From positions 124,001 to 188,000 of the forward strand of contig CAJFCJ010000034.1 in NCBI GenBank assembly GCA_904063045.1: 64,000 bases of DNA, written 5' to 3'. Below the pieces are notes generated by a model that saw nothing but the letters and a program-made list of their open reading frames with translations, made no database searches and was not told the origin of the DNA. Both the position numbers and the translations under genes were made by a program. Source of the DNA: Dimorphilus gyrociliatus (lineage: Eukaryota > Animalia > Annelida). Each line of letters opens with the position of its first letter. Positions within the stretch are counted from its first letter, which is position 1. Below, one piece after another: positions 38,026 through 51,800 of the stretch.

Positions 38026-38982
38026 TTATTGATGATTTGTTATTATTAGTAGTTTGTTGTGGTTCTTTGTCTCCATTTTCCAGTTTATGAAAACTTAATG
38101 GGATATATTCATTAATTTCAGAGTTTTGTCTTGTATTGCATAGATTTGTTGAACAAAAACACCTGTTTGCCGAATCTAAATCCTCTCTATATAAGCAACC
38201 ATAATTCTTAACAGAATAATTCTTATGGCAATCTCTTCTTATTTCTTTTTCACCTAAACAAATGTGAAAATAAGTATATAACAGTATTGTAGCTTTGAAT
38301 ATAACTACCAGTTATCATATTCTTGATTGATTGGAATGCGCATGATTCGCGAGATGGATTTATATTACAAGTAAACTTTTCCTTTTCTTCTTTAGTTAAT
38401 TGTGAATCGTCTAAGTTGTGACCACACCAACTTTGGTATTTGGATTCGCATTTCCAACATTTTACACCTATTGAATAAAAGAAAATTTACCTTTGTAAAA
38501 AATGACATATTCAATAGAATAGACTGTTCAAAACAATAATCACTTTTAGGCTTTCTATTTGAAGTTATTAATGATGCTCTATTACATCTATTTTCTGAGC
38601 ATAGACACTTAACAATTGGTCCATCATTATCAACTTCATAGGAACAGGTATCAAGGAGTTTTTGTTTCTTATTTTCACAATTTCGGTAAACTTTATCTTT
38701 GTATAACATCGTTGAACATATTCCGTAGTGTTTACAAATTTTTCCAGTTTTATTTTCAGGTTCTTCAAACTTTTTACCACACCACGGATCCTTATCCGAA
38801 GAGCATTTCCAACATTCCGTCACCTCTTCCGTCCTTACTTTTTAAAAAGAGAGATTTTAGGCTAATCATTCAAGAATTGATAGGCAAACTTTATAACAGA
38901 GAAATATAAACAAACCGTTGAGAATTGAGGAGAAAAAGATTAATATTGAAATAAAAATTAGATATCTTTTTATTTCGATCAT
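38026..38982 (-). CDS. Secreted protein with two tandem three-finger (Ly6/uPAR, quiver/sleepless-like) domains
   Basis: Signal MIEIKRYLIFISILIFFSSILN; ECWKCSS...CLCSENRCN and KCWKCES...CFCSTNLCN; hydrophilic C-terminus. Confidence 0.75.
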
Positions 38983-39740
38983 CGCACATGAACAAAGTTT
39001 GAAAAGATACTAAAGTAAAGCATAGAAAAATTAATGGCCAACTATAATATTTTGCTTATAATTAATACTTAACTAATCACAAATAGATGATTATTATCAA
39101 TTGATAGTAATTAGTTTACTATTTTGAATATAAAGTGTAAATGCAGTGTGTTATTTGTTTCTTTTGTAAATATTGCTAATTGTTTTTGTATGAAACGTCT
39201 CATATTTTTTATTGATTAAAGATTCTTGGTATAATAATCATTAAAGTAAAAGTGTGACCTTTTACTGGGCCGCTCACACTATTCATTTTATCATGGGTTA
39301 TATGAGGGGAAGTTTCCAGAGGTGTACGTTCCTCATTGATTATTGGTTGGAATATGGGCGGATCCGCGTTTATGCATTCAAGCAAACAGCATCTTAAATA
39401 ATTTAACCCATACTTGACGGAACGGTAAATGATGACGTCTGTTCATTCCTTGCCAGTCATAATACTCCTTTTATTTCCAACTTGAAGTGGTTAACAATAT
39501 ATATCTATATAAGTATAAATAACATTATAATTAAGTAGGGTAGTTAAAGAAATTCTACTTGAACAGCCTGAATATAATGTCGTTAAACTATCTTGTTAAT
39601 ACAGTGTATATTGCAAATAATTAATTAGTGAATAATATCCTTAAAAAGGGGAAAATAAGTCTGTTGATGTGAATATTAAGTTTTTTTTGTATTCAAGAGA
39701 ATTGAACCAAACTAATTAAACGTTAATAATTCATTTGATC

Positions 39741-42700
39741 ATGAAACTATTGTGCTTTATACTTTCAATACATTTTGTGTATTTGGAGATTTGCCAAAAA
39801 AAAGACTTAAAGTTTGTAAAGATGTTTAATCTTTTTTCTATTTTAATATTTCGTGTTATCTATCATCAAAATTCAGCTTGGAATTCTTAAGTAAAAATGT
39901 TAGTTTTCATCTATTAAATATATCTAACTACGATAAATTTTCAATTGTTGGAGAATTAAATATTAAAATAGATGAATTGGACGTTTTATATTCAATACAA
40001 TACGATTTTAATCATTATTTAAATCAATTTCAAGATGTATCATTAAGCATATGTTCAAAACTTGGCTACGATAATTTAAAAGTCAATGTATTTACATGTC
40101 GTCAATCTGAAAGTCAGGCTTTTTTATTTATATTTTGAATTTCATTAATGATTTATTAATAAGTTTAATCTTTATTATAAAAGATCTAAATCGTATTTTA
40201 CTTGTTTGCAATAAAGGAAATTGTAATATGTAAGTTTTTACATAAAGTTAATAATTCTGGTTATATAAATAAGTTACTTTCGTAAACAATTTTTAGAAAA
40301 AGTACTTTATCTTGTCGGAAAGATTTTTATAAATCTTCTAAATTCTATTGCATAAGATGCTTTTTAAGAGAAAAACCATGTAACAAGAGAATGAATAATA
40401 ACTATATTCTTAATAATCTATTAGATTTATTCTATACCGGTTTAGATATATATTTTACTGAAATTTTCGGAGAGGATACCGAAAAACAATTAGCGTTTGT
40501 AAGATACGAGAATAAATCATATAGATTGTGCGCAAACGTTTCACATGATTACGAATATTATGGTTGTAGTTCGACTTATTGTGACTATGAATCGGACGTC
40601 TCTTATATGGTTGAAAAACAAGCGATACTAGTCACTTCCAATACGAGTCAAGGAAAAGTTGCTAAAACTTCGTTCATGTTCTCTGCGAATGACGGACTTT
40701 CAAATACCCATTTCAATATTATAAACAACTGTATAACAATCAATCTTTATTATACTGAGGAAAAAGGTTTCTTTCGTTAACTATCTTTTTCTATATATAG
40801 AAAATTCATAATTAATCAGATATGGAAATAACTTATAATTTCTCATCAAATTCTAATAGAACAAATCTGGAAAATCCCTTAAAAGCTACAATATATAGCA
40901 GAAGCTTTGGTCCTATTGATATCATTTTGAAAAAGATATTAAACCAAGGTAGATAATTAAAATATGAATTTTACTTTTTCAATTGACCTTTGACATTAAA
41001 AATGTTCAAAGATGTTAGCGCAGTACACGGATATTCAGTATGTAAATATAATCTAACACTCTACGACGTCTACTTTGAGAGATGTTCAGATAATAATGAA
41101 ATAATTAACTTTGGCGGATCCTTTTATGTAGAATTTAAAGCACATGGTATTAGTTTGCTAAAGAGACGTTTATCTATGCTACCTAAAGAAGATACAACAT
41201 GTCTAAAATTCTATTGTATAGTTAAACAACAAAAAACTAAATCAACGTTTCGATTATCAAAATATAATTCAATATTCTATAAGGATAATCTATTTAAGCC
41301 GAGATTATTTATTGGTACTTTGGAAGCTTATTATCAAAATGGTTGGAAGAAAATTCTGGCATTTCATCTACAATATAACGATATTCAAGTTATTATACAT
41401 ATACAGTATAGAGTATTTCATTTCTATTGTATATTTTTAAGGTTGCTTGTAAATATTTCGGATATAAATATGGAACTATAGATACTATTGATCAAAAATT
41501 TGATTTTTATATAAATAAAAGATACGCCATTATGAATTGTACTGATAAGAAACTTTTAGATAATTGTAAATTATCATCAGATTCAAATTTAATTGCCAAA
41601 TTTTTACCATCTATTGCAAGATACGCTAATCTTCCAACTGTTGTTATTACATGTACAAATGCCATTAAATTTGGTTTATATACTATTTTTCTCTGTTATA
41701 CTATAGTTTCTTTTAATTAATAATTCTTTTCAGAATGTCTTATGAAGAATTCAATGATTTACAAGAAGAAATGCTATTATTTTTTCCCATCAGAATTACG
41801 TTTAAATCATACTGAATCGAATAGTCTATGTTCAAAACATAACTTATCTACTATATCTATATCTGCATTTGATGAAATTCAATTTTTAAGAATTTTTCTA
41901 CTTTATATGTCTAGTCAGTTCAATTCGAAAGTTGAATTTGAAAGTATTCCTTTAAGTTGGATTAAAGCTATTCTTTATTTATACTTTCTATTCAAGTGTT
42001 CCATCTTTTATAGATATTTCATGGGAAAGAGATATAAGTCAGAAACCTATTCTTACTTCTGGTAACGTTCCAGTTTCTCTTACGTCACCTTGGCACTTTC
42101 CTTCAATTAAGTCCAGGTTTTGCAAATATAAAAACACATGTAAAATAGCGTTACCAACGGTTTCTTCATTATCTAGGTTAAGCTGTTTGAAATATCTTGT
42201 TAAAAAGGAAAAAATGATTAATAAACTTGTAAATTGTGCAAAGTATAATCCTGATAAAGGATTAATAAGTGAATCTTGTTCAAAGAAGCATTTTAATACA
42301 GTTATTTGTCAAAACTTTTTAAGTAATATCATTGTTCAAAACTGTAGAAAACGATTGTGATAATTAAAAAAACATACAGCTCTATCTAGCCAATCAAATT
42401 CGAAAGAAACTCTTTCATTAACGCCTTTAAAAGAAATGGAAATAACTTTAAAGAACAATATGTTTCTTTGCAAATCGGATGACATATACATCAATTCGAT
42501 TTATCAATGCGATAATCAAATTGATTGTCTTAGCGGCGAAGATGAAATAAATTGTACAGAAACAAAGACATTCTTTTGTTCAACTAACGAGACAATATCT
42601 GTAAAATATATCTGCGATTATGTAGTTAATTGTAAAAACGGTATTGACGAACTAGATTGCGGTAGATAATTTTTCAACTATTATTCAAAAGTTTTGTCTT

Positions 42701-45700
42701 TTTTACATATTCTTTCTATTTTTAGAATTTGAAGAATGTTACGAAAAGTTGTTATAAAATTATTAAAAACATCTAATTTCTAACAATTTCTAATATTTAA
42801 ATTAAATAGAAAAAGATGCAAAAATCATCAATGTACTAAACTTGAAAATTTCTGTAATGGTGAATATAATTGCTTAGATAAAAGTGATGAACAATGCTCT
42901 TATTGTAATTTCTATTCAATTCTTTTTGTATTGTTTATATAAAAGGAATAATTACTTAATTAAATATCATTAGCTTCTTGTAGTATTGATACTTTGTTTT
43001 GCGATAACGAATGTATCCCAAGATCATCTAGTTGTGACTTGTACGAACATTGCGACGATCGATCGGACGAGAACGCAGAAAATTGCTTTTTAAGAGGTAT
43101 ACTCTCTATTCAAACTCGTTAATCTACTGTTTTTTTAATATATTTATAGGCAATGGAACTTATTGCAACTATAACAAATTGTTTAAGAACACATTGATAA
43201 GCAAAAACCATTGCCATTTAAGATACAACTCTAAAGGATTTTTATTAACTAAGCCATTATTTCCATTATATCAATTATCCAATTGCTATAAAACATTGTG
43301 TAATCATGGAGAATTTAAATGCGCTGAAGAAGGATATTGTATATCTATTCGGAATGTTTGCGATGGTATCAATCATTGTTCTTTAGGAGAAGACGAACGT
43401 CATTGCGGTATTCTCGCAAATCATTATTTTACAGTTATTCTTATTTCTAAATTGAAACATGATGTTGCATTGCAGAGAGATTTAAACCTAAAGGCTTTTT
43501 CTTGTGCAAAATGAATAAGACTTATGTAAATATAAGTAACGTTTGCGACGATATAGTTGATTGTTTTGATGGATCGGATGAAATGTACTGCAATGTATTC
43601 TTTCAATGTCCTTACAACTGCATTTGTAAGACTAGTTTTCAAGTCGAGTGCAATTTTCTCGATAAAATTGAAAACAACGTGAACATTTGGACGAAAATTT
43701 TCGTAAAGACGCTAACAATCAATGGTGGAAGGCGTCTAAACGAAACGTTACATTTCTTCAATAATCTCTCTTTAGTTTATCTGAACGTTTCGAACAGTTT
43801 GATTGATTTGAACGAATTGAAGGATTTTTATCCAAATCTTGTTATTCTGGATTTAAGCTATACGAAACAAACATTAATAAATTCCAGTCATTTAAAAACT
43901 TATAAGAAACTGCAAAATCTAATTCTGGAAGGAAATTTGTTGAAAGTTTTAGATTCGACTACGTTTTTTAATGAAAAAATGAAATTTCTCGATTTATCTA
44001 AAATGGAAATTGAAAATATCAAAGAAAATTCATTTTCAACATTAAATCAATTAACTCATTTGAAAATATCGAATTCATTAATTCAGAATATTGATGAAAA
44101 AGCATTTATTTCATTAGAAAAATTGATTTATTTAAATTTAAATAGAACAGAATTTATTGAATATTCAAAATTTTCTTTTGTAAAATATTTACAAGTTGTA
44201 GAAGTGATTGAAACAGATGTTTATCATATTTGTTGTTTGGCAAGAGAACATTGTAAATTTTTAAATAGATGTATTTTACCTAAAACATCAAAAGAGAAAT
44301 TCTTTAGTTGTTCGGATTTGTTTTCATCAGTTTTAAAAAGAGTGTTTCTATGGATTTTTTTAATTTGTTCATTTATAGGGAATATATTTTGTTATGTATT
44401 AAAGTTTCAAACATATTCAAAATCTATACATATTTTCTATTTAAATTTATTCTTTTGCGATTGGTTAATGAGCTTTTATCTATTGATTTTGGGTTGTACC
44501 GATATCTATTATCGTGGTAAATATATTGAATTTGACGAAATATGGCGTCAAAGTCCTTTATGTATTTTCTCTGGATTGCTTGCTAGTATATCATCGCTAG
44601 GCTCGTCCTTATCAATCTTTGCAATAACGATAGACAGATTTCTCTCAATTACATCCCTTGTTCAAAAGAATAAAATTAACTTCAAGCTCATGCTATTACC
44701 CGTATACGTAATTTTATTAAGTTTTTCAATTGGTCCATTACTACTGAATAAGGTTAATACAAAACATAAAAAATCATAGAGAAAACTATTAACAATAGAT
44801 ATTTTACAAAAGAATTTCTATTCTCGTTCACCGATTTGTTTTTCATTACATTTAACTAATGAAGAATACGTTGGATGGCATTTTTCATTCGCTATATATG
44901 GAATATTTATTTTGTTAATTAATCTAAGTGTTGTAGTCCTATATATTTTAATTTTAAGAGATGTTTTGGAAAAGTTGAAATTCTCTTCAAAATACTTTGA
45001 GAGAAATCAAACTGGAAGAGTAATATTTAATAGTGCAATTATAGCATTTACAAATATTATTTGTTGGATTCCAATATCATTTTTAAGTTTATTATCCATA
45101 TCTGGAAAGGCGTCTATTGGAAGTGATATTTTCCCTTGGATATCAATATTTGTATTACCGCTTAATTCGATTTCTAATCCAATTTTATATTCGAATTTTG
45201 AGATTCAATTTTTGTTTAAGAAGAGAAAAATTAAGAAAGAAAACATTCGTCTAGAATTATCAACAACAATAAAACAGGAGACGATAAACACATGTTTAAT
45301 ATCAATTAAACAATTCCTTAATTTCTACTTTGATGAATTATTAAATGAATTTTATGTATTGAATGTTAAAATTGAGGATAATTTCAAAAATATATATTAT
45401 TTATATCAATCATGTAAGAATATTGTTCAAATTATTCATATTTCGCATTTATACGATTTATCATTCTGCGGAAAATTTGAAGATAAATCTTCAAAAGTAA
45501 AATATCTAATTTGCATAGAATATTCAAATAATTCAACTTGAATTCTTTCTCTATATAGCTAATGGGCAATGGAATGTGTTTGTTGAATTACAACAGTTTA
45601 AAGTTAAAAACCGACGAGAATGTTTATTTAGATATTATTTCATTAGGACTATTTATAAGAAAGAAACTACAGAAACACCATAAGTTTGTTCGTCAAAAGG

Positions 45701-45714
45701 AAAAGGATACTTAA
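39741..45714 (+). CDS. GRL101/LGR-like receptor paralog R3 (best intact candidate): SRCR-like, C-type lectin, 6 LDLa, LRR, rhodopsin-type 7TM, kinase-like tail
   Basis: SRCR GTLEAYYQNGW...VACKYFGY...NC...DNC; CTL KKCYYFF...SLCSKHN; LDLa DCxDGSDE; LRRs; GNIF, NLFFCD, ITIDRF, CWIP, NSISNPILY. N-terminal exons not fully verified. Confidence 0.85.
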
Positions 45715-45875
45715 AAGTAGACTCTATTTCTTTTAATATTTAAATGAATTAAGTTATTTAATACTTGAAAAAAAATTACGAATAAATTAATTAAAACGAT
45801 ATTAAATAGCTTCACTTTTCGTTCAACACCAATAAAACTATATTATTGTTGTTTTTTGACATTTTATGATCAACT

Positions 45876-48800
45876 ATGCTATGTTTTCTTATATTCAATC
45901 TCTTTCAATTCTGTCTTCAAATATACTGCAAAAGATGTTCATATCAAAAGTAAATTGAAGGATATAACATTCTTTAATTATAATTTGATCTATACTTTTT
46001 CAATCTTTATACTTTTATTAGAGTCAATTTCTTTAGTACAAAATTTCAATATGATATTTTATCTCCATTCGAAAATAATTCAAAATGGATTCTAGGGATA
46101 TTAATAGCTAAATTTCCAAATAATAATTATACAATTAACTATAAATTACCGGATTTTACTTTTACGAGAAAATATCTTAACGAAATTTGTAAAAATATGG
46201 GTTACGATCATTTGAAATCTAATCTTTATCCTTGTAAAAATGATAATAAAACTAAAGAAGTTATTGACTTGAAATGTTATAAATCAAAGAAAAAAATCAT
46301 CAATTGTCAATTGTATTGAAATTTTTGAATATCATTCTACTAAAATTATTATTTTGTATATTGTTAATTTTATAGGAATATCCCTAGAAATTGCTCGGAA
46401 AATAGGAGAAATACAGAATCTAGTAATATCTATTGTATTCAATGCTTTAAGCAAACTTATCCTTGTAAGGGAAGATAAATTCACTATTATATTTAGATAA
46501 TATTAATAAAATAATCTCTCTCTTCTTCTTCTCGAAAGATATCTTCTTTAGTTCAAGCGGAGAGTTTAATCATTATCCTTATATTGCTTATTTGAGATAT
46601 AGTCTTAAAACTTTTATGGTCTGTTATAATTCTACAAGTGAAGAGGAGTGTTCAATAGGAATTTGTGGAAGAAATTCAAATATAAGTAAACGGTTAAGCT
46701 CTGTTGCGTATTCTCTAAATGTAGTAATTGAGGAAAGAATTGAAGAGAATATTTTCGCCATTATATCAAGAAATACAAACAAAGCAATATTGAAAAAATT
46801 GAATTTTGATGATTGTCAACAAATTCTTTTATCAAATCATTTCAATAAAAGTATAATTTTAATATGACAATTGAATTAATGATTGTTTTACTCTTCATTT
46901 TTTTCTTATTATAAATAAAATATAGATTTTCTATTTTCATCCAAACAAAACTCTTTAATTGAACAATTAAATGAATTGAATCGAATTAATGATTCAATGA
47001 TTATTAGAAAATCTAATGAAAAAATTATCTTTACTCCTCATTCGCTATGCTATAGTTCTAGTAGAGATGTTTTCTTTGGAGTAATTATGAATGTTTGCGG
47101 TACATCGGAAATTCTCTTCGAGTATGGTGTAGATATTTCAGTTGCGAAGAGAAGAGCTCAAAAAATTTTTGTTTCTTATTTAATCAATTCAACATTCCAA
47201 TCTGGACAGATTATCTGCTACTACGCCATTTGTAGAGATATTGAAAATATTAGAAAGAGTTTAGTAATAATTAATTAATTAATTAATTAACTAATTACAA
47301 CAGAAATCTCATTTAGAAAAGAATATTTATTTTTCAACTGAATTGCAAAACTCTGAACATTTTCCTTTTCAACCTGAAAAGATCTTTTCAAAATCCGGTT
47401 CTTTCCAATATAACAATGGAAATAGTAAACCATTCTATATTATGCCGTCTTTTCTTGAAGGAAATTACATGTTTAAGGTTTATTACGTCATTTTTCTTGT
47501 AAAATCATTCATTAAAACTATACATTTACTTTAAAAAGTACACTTGTGAAAAATTTGGTAGAAAATCGGCTGTAATAAAATCAATAAAATATTCATATCT
47601 TTCGAATCATATTATGGAAAACTGCCTAGAAAATGCAACCAGTTCAAAATGTCAAAGTCTAGAGGAAATGTTTAGAAAGCACTTTGAAATGACTTTATCC
47701 TATCCAATATATTATTTAACGTGTTTAATGAAGAAACCTCAATTTAATTCTAATACTTTAAACTGGAGGAATCAATTTATCTACTTTTTCAAAAATAAGA
47801 AACCTCTATTACAGAAGGAAATCATAAAAAAGTGTCACGATAAAAAACTGGATGTTTTAACGTTCAATTCATGGGAGAAAGTCAATTTTTTACTTCAAAG
47901 TTTGAAATATCTTAATGAAACAGCAGTTACTTACGCAGGTTATCTCTTATAGAAGTATGTTTTACTCTTAATAAAGAATTATTAATGTAGATGTAGCTTT
48001 AATTGAAGATCAGTACAAATATTCCATTTTTGCTCCTGAAAAATCTCATTTAGGTTCATTAGCCGTTAAACGTAACAACATTTTTAGATTAAACAGGTAA
48101 ATTATTATCTATATACTGTATATATACAGTATATAAATTTATATATAAAGTAAACTTTATAAAAATATGGACACCGTAAATTTTGATAGGCCAACTTTTA
48201 ATTAACGGTTAAAACTGTTTTTTCGCTGTAAATTATTTATTTTGGTCTAAATTTCTATAAAAAAAAAGGTTATATTCACGTAATATTGAAAAAAAATTGA
48301 CGAAATTATAATATTTATGAATATTATAAGCAAAATATTTTTGGTTATTTTCATCAATTTTTTCTTTATTTGGCCTCACGTCATAATTATTGGAACAGTC
48401 ACTTGACATCCGGTTTGGCATTCATCAGGATCTGGGAACGGTCACAATACACCCAGAGTTAATCCCAAATACAAGAAAGTGAGCGGAGTGACTGCAACAA
48501 ACTCTTCAACCGTCACACTGTTACCCTTAGTGGTTTTTGAGACTAACAACAAGAGGGTGTCCGCATTGATGGATGCAGGTTCACAGATCTCGATGGTCAT
48601 AAGGGAGTGTGCAGCCAGACTCAACCTAAACAAGGTCGGACAGGTACACCTACAGTTGTGTACACTCCTAGGAGAGGAAAAGGCTGTAGCAGATGTAGTA
48701 ATAATTCCTCTACCAAACAAACTAGGTGTCATAGAAGCAGTTGTTAGAGAAAAAACTCATAGAAGTCCATCAAGAAGAAGAAACGGTAGAGATAAATTGG

Positions 48801-51800
48801 GAAGAGAAACCTACTTCCGTAAGAATACCAGAAGTAATTGGCCGTCTAGATTTGGTAATAGGTATGGATAGGTGGGATCTACACATGCAACAAGGCAACG
48901 TGTGTCTTGGCACTAGGGGCATAGTGAAATACCCATTGGGTTGGGCTTGCAGTGGCAAGAAGACCCAGGATTCTATAAGTCTGTTTACGCAAGCAGAACT
49001 GAGAATCATCAGCTGTATCACAATACAATCAGATGAGTCACAGGAAACCCTAGTAGATGATGGTGAAATCATAGCTAGGGATGACTATAGCGAGAAAAGG
49101 CTTAGCCTAAACGATGTAAAAGCTCTTGAGCAATTCAAGAAGGAATTTGATGCTCAGGAGTTAAAGGCTGCCATCCCATTCAAAGGGAATGTCAGGGATC
49201 TGACACTAAATCGGGCACTGGCTGAGCGTAGAGTGAGGAGTCTCTTAATGAGATTCAAAAGAGACCCAGTGTATGAAAGGGATTATGACAGGTCTGTATA
49301 TGAATATATTGAGCAGGGTTTCGCCACTGAGGCAGGCCCAATCGATGTGGCCTGGTATATTCCACACCACGGTGTTGCCAACCCTAAGAAGGACACCATA
49401 AGAGTGGTGTTCGACTGCAAGGCTCAGTACAAAGGGTTGGGACTAAATGATGTGACTGGTCCAAATCATTTGAACGACCTATACGATATTCTGATAAGCT
49501 GGAGCAGAGGGCTCTTCTTTATCGTGGCAGACATCAAGAAGATGTTCTGCCAGGTTAAAATAAGGGAGAAAGATCTGCCCTACTTTGCATTCCTCTACTG
49601 GGAGAAATCAGTAAGGAATAAAACAATGAACAATGTCAAGACTTTTGTCATGACAAGACATGTTTTTGGGGCCACATCGAGCATTCATTGCATGTCGAGC
49701 TCTAAGTACATTGCTCCAGGAGAGTGACTGGCTCTCACAGGAAGCAAAACAGACAGTGATTAACCATTTCTACGTGGATGATCTATTGTTAATGGCTGCC
49801 AGTAATACTAATAATTAATATTACTAATAAGTTGGATGCATTCACAAGAAACAGAATAAGATACATTACCAGTAACTCAAACCCTTCTTCTTGGAAAAGG
49901 ATTGAAGGCAAGACAAATCCAGCTGATCTCGGTACCAGAAGGAGGAAGCATTCAGATGAACAATGGCTGACACCTGTTATATCAGGTATGACTCAGTGCG
50001 TATCTCTGGGGAACATCTTTAGACCATTTTCCCATGACTGGGAAAAGATGGCACACCGGGATATGCCAGTATACCAACAAAGAAGACTGGCAATAGCCTA
50101 CCTGTTGAGGGACAAGCAAAGAAGTAATTCGGGCAAGAAGTTCCCGGAGCTGGAACCATTTAAAGACTCCTACAGAGTTATCCAAATAAACGGAAGATTG
50201 AGAAATGCTCACAGGATGCCATATGATGCACGGCACCCCATCCTGATAACAAGAACAACAGGCTTGTTTAGAGCCATAGTGTTCACAGCTCACAAAGAAG
50301 CAGCACATCAGGGTGTACAAAAGACCAGGGCATGGATCAGAAAGCCATTCTGGTTACATAAAGGCACAGCCCAGATAAAGACCATAGTTGAAACATGCCC
50401 CTACTGCATATGATATAAGACAAACAGGACTTACAGTATTCGGCAAGCTCCTCTACCAAATGTGTGCACTGAGAAACCACTACGACCCTTTAGAAATGTA
50501 GGAGTAGATCACGCGGGACCATATCACACTGATGAAGGCGAACAAAGGTTTGTTTTGCTCATAGCATGCTACCAAACTAGGGCAGTGCACCTGGAGAGCT
50601 GTACATCAACAACCTTTGCATACATAAAGGAAGCATGGACTAGGTTTATGGCAAGATGAGGTCACCCAGAGAATGTACACTCAGATGGAGCTGGAGCATT
50701 TAGGAGATTGTCTGACGAAATGGAGAGAGCAGGAATCTGCTGGAAACTAATACCGGCTAATTCTCCTCAAAGAGGAGGATTATGGGAATCTTTAGTAAAA
50801 CCAGTCAAGAGTACCTTGCAAGTTCTAAATAAGGAGACACCGACAGAGGAAAGCCTAAGGACAGCAATCACTGTGACCGAAAGTATTGTCAACCAAAGAC
50901 CATTGACAACTATCCTGGAGGACCATAAAGAAATTCCCCTCACTCCAGCATCTTTCCCATGGATTCAATCCAAGGAAAGGAACGAAATGAGAAGCTCCTA
51001 TGAGCAAATCAAATTGATCAGGTCTATGCTGGAGAGAAGATGGTTCCAGGAATACACATCCACTTTACAGGCTACCTCGAAATGGCACAAGCAGAGTGGG
51101 CGAATCCCAAAGGTCAACGATCTGGTAGTCTTAGTCAGTGACTCCTTAAGACGCCATGATTGGAAAATAGGGCGCGTATGGAGAATAAAAAAGTTCGCGG
51201 ATGGGCAACCCAGAAATTTACAGATTCTCACAGAAAGGTCCTTGGTATGGCGAGACCCAAGAAGGGTAGTTCCCTTCTAAAGAAACGTAAGGTTCTTTAG
51301 GAGGGGGGGAGTGTTAGAGAACTTCCAGATCTCTAGAGTTAAATGTGTGTAGATACACGTGATTATATCGATACCAATTAGTAGTCAATTAGAATACAGC
51401 AACCGTTTGATACGGTTACATACAGTAAATTATATCGTTTTGTAATCGTAGAAGAACCGATCTTCAACAGGAGAAAAAGTTTCTGTCTTCAGATGATCAG
51501 AGATAATCTACACACTGGTCTAAAGTAATTTTCACTGATGAGGCTAGATTCTCACTGAGTGGGCCAGATGATTTTCATACATGGACCAAAGATGGCAAAA
51601 AGAAATGCAACCAAATAAGAAAAAAAAAATCAATAAAACATTACATAATATAAAAAAAAAAAAATGATGTAAAATCTTACCTAAATCATATTTGAAAGAT
51701 AATTATATATAAATTTAAGTTTCATTTTTAGTATGTTGGCCTATTCAAAATTCGAGGTGTTCCATTTTTTATGAAGATTACTTTATATACATTATATATT

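Noticed and set aside
45497-45541. YLICIEY in the 44912-45541 ORF looked like a kinase gatekeeper/hinge motif
   Set aside because: It lies in an intron (GTAAAA...TATAG); phase-0 splicing continues in frame to LMGNGMC...DIISLG
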